NCBI GenBank assembly: GCA_030688545.1
Contig: JAUYHT010000006.1
Coordinates: forward strand, 300,001-332,000
Reading direction: 5' to 3'
DNA from: Candidatus Iainarchaeum sp.
GTDB lineage: Archaea > Iainarchaeota > Iainarchaeia > Iainarchaeales > VGJJ01
Length of the DNA: 32,000 nucleotides
The translations under genes and the position numbers were made by a program. Shown here one piece after another: positions 31,413 through 32,000 of the stretch. The notes beneath the pieces are model-generated. The model ran no database searches, had not been told where the DNA came from, and saw only the letters and a list, made by a program, of their open reading frames with translations. The first letter of the stretch is position 1. Every line of letters starts with the position of its first letter.

Positions 31413-32000
31413 TCACTCGCGGGGCGTGACTTGCATCACGACCCCGGCGGCGACCGTCGCTCCCATATCCCGCACGGCAAATCTTCCGAGGGAAGGGAAT
31501 TTCTTGAACTCTTCCACGACCAGCGGGCGCTGCGGCACGATTTTCACGATGGCCGCATCCCCGGTCTTGAGGAACTTAGGATTCTCTTCCGCCGCTTGCC
31601 CGGTCTTGGGGTCGATGCGCTTCTGCAATTCCGCGAAGGTACAGGACATTTGGGCCGTGTGCATGTGGAACACGGGGGTGTATCCTTGGGGGATAGCAGT
31701 GGGGTGGTTCAGCACAACAATCTGGGCGATGAACTCCTTCGCAACGGTCGGGGCATTCTGCGGGTGTCCCACGACGTCCCCGCGGTTAATATCCTTCCGT
31801 TCCAGCCCCCGGACATTGAACCCCACATTATCCCCTGGAATGGCTTGCGTGAGTTGTTCGTGATGCGCCTCAAGGGATTTTATTTCCCCTTGGGCCTTGG
31901 AGGGCATGACGATAATTTTGTCCCCCGGCTTGGCGATCCCGGTTTCCACGCGTCCTACTGGCACGGTGCCCACTCCCTTGATGGAGTAGACATCCTGGAT
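31413..32000 (-). CDS. tuf: translation elongation factor aEF-1alpha, C-terminal 195 codons (domains II-III); continues beyond the right window edge
   Basis: The frame is open to base 32000: [21 protein letters not shown]...[10 protein letters not shown]...[17 protein letters not shown]. The apparent start at 31973 is an internal GTG (Val). Confidence 0.95.
   Translation of the reverse strand: MQDVYSIKGVGTVPVGRVETGIAKPGDKIIVMPSKAQGEIKSLEAHHEQLTQAIPGDNVGFNVRGLERKDINRGDVVGHPQNAPTVAKEFIAQIVVLNHPTAIPQGYTPVFHMHTAQMSCTFAELQKRIDPKTGQAAEENPKFLKTGDAAIVKIVPQRPLVVEEFKKFPSLGRFAVRDMGATVAAGVVMQVTPRE

Overview
Archaeal ribosomal superoperon with a non-ribosomal insert. Bases 1040-21485 are all on the minus strand. 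They hold 37 tightly packed, often start/stop-overlapping translation, transcription and secretion genes plus one tRNA, in the canonical archaeal order. Read in the direction of transcription (high to low coordinates): rpl3-rpl4-rpl23-rpl2-rps19-rpl22-rps3-rpl29-sui1-rnp1-rps17-rpl14-rpl24-rps4e-rpl5-rps14-rps8-rpl6-rpl32e-rpl19e-rpl18-rps5-rpl30-rpl15-secY-DUF106 insertase-rpl34e-rpl14e-rps13-rps4-rps11-rpoD-tRNA-Leu(UAA)-rpl18e-rpl13-rps9-rpoN-rps2. Three small membrane-protein genes follow at 1-981. The right edge carries the 3' part of aEF-1alpha and rps10 (31082-32000, minus strand). Between rps10 and rpl3 lies a roughly 9.6 kb accessory stretch (21486-31081). It encodes a basic orphan protein, a ~735-aa surface protein built from Cys-bracketed tandem beta modules, and a 634-aa proline-rich, probably disordered protein. 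It also encodes a small SAM methyltransferase, a secreted Cys-rich protein with a C-terminal anchor, a LemA-TPM pair and a small polytopic membrane protein. The most unusual non-coding signal is a repeat family present at two loci 21 kb apart (3486-3592 and 24576-24683). At each locus an A/T hairpin is fused to three ~32-bp tandem units with the core AAAAAGTTYGATCAAAAA. A rearranged partial copy lies at 27691-27775. Several ribosomal proteins carry long low-complexity extensions. adk, cmk, rpoK and eno, which are commonly found inside this cluster, are absent here. Lineage cannot be fixed from the window. The streamlined operon and surface-protein load would fit an uncultivated, possibly reduced-genome archaeon, but that is inference. 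No CRISPR array, transposase, integrase or recognisable defence gene was seen.
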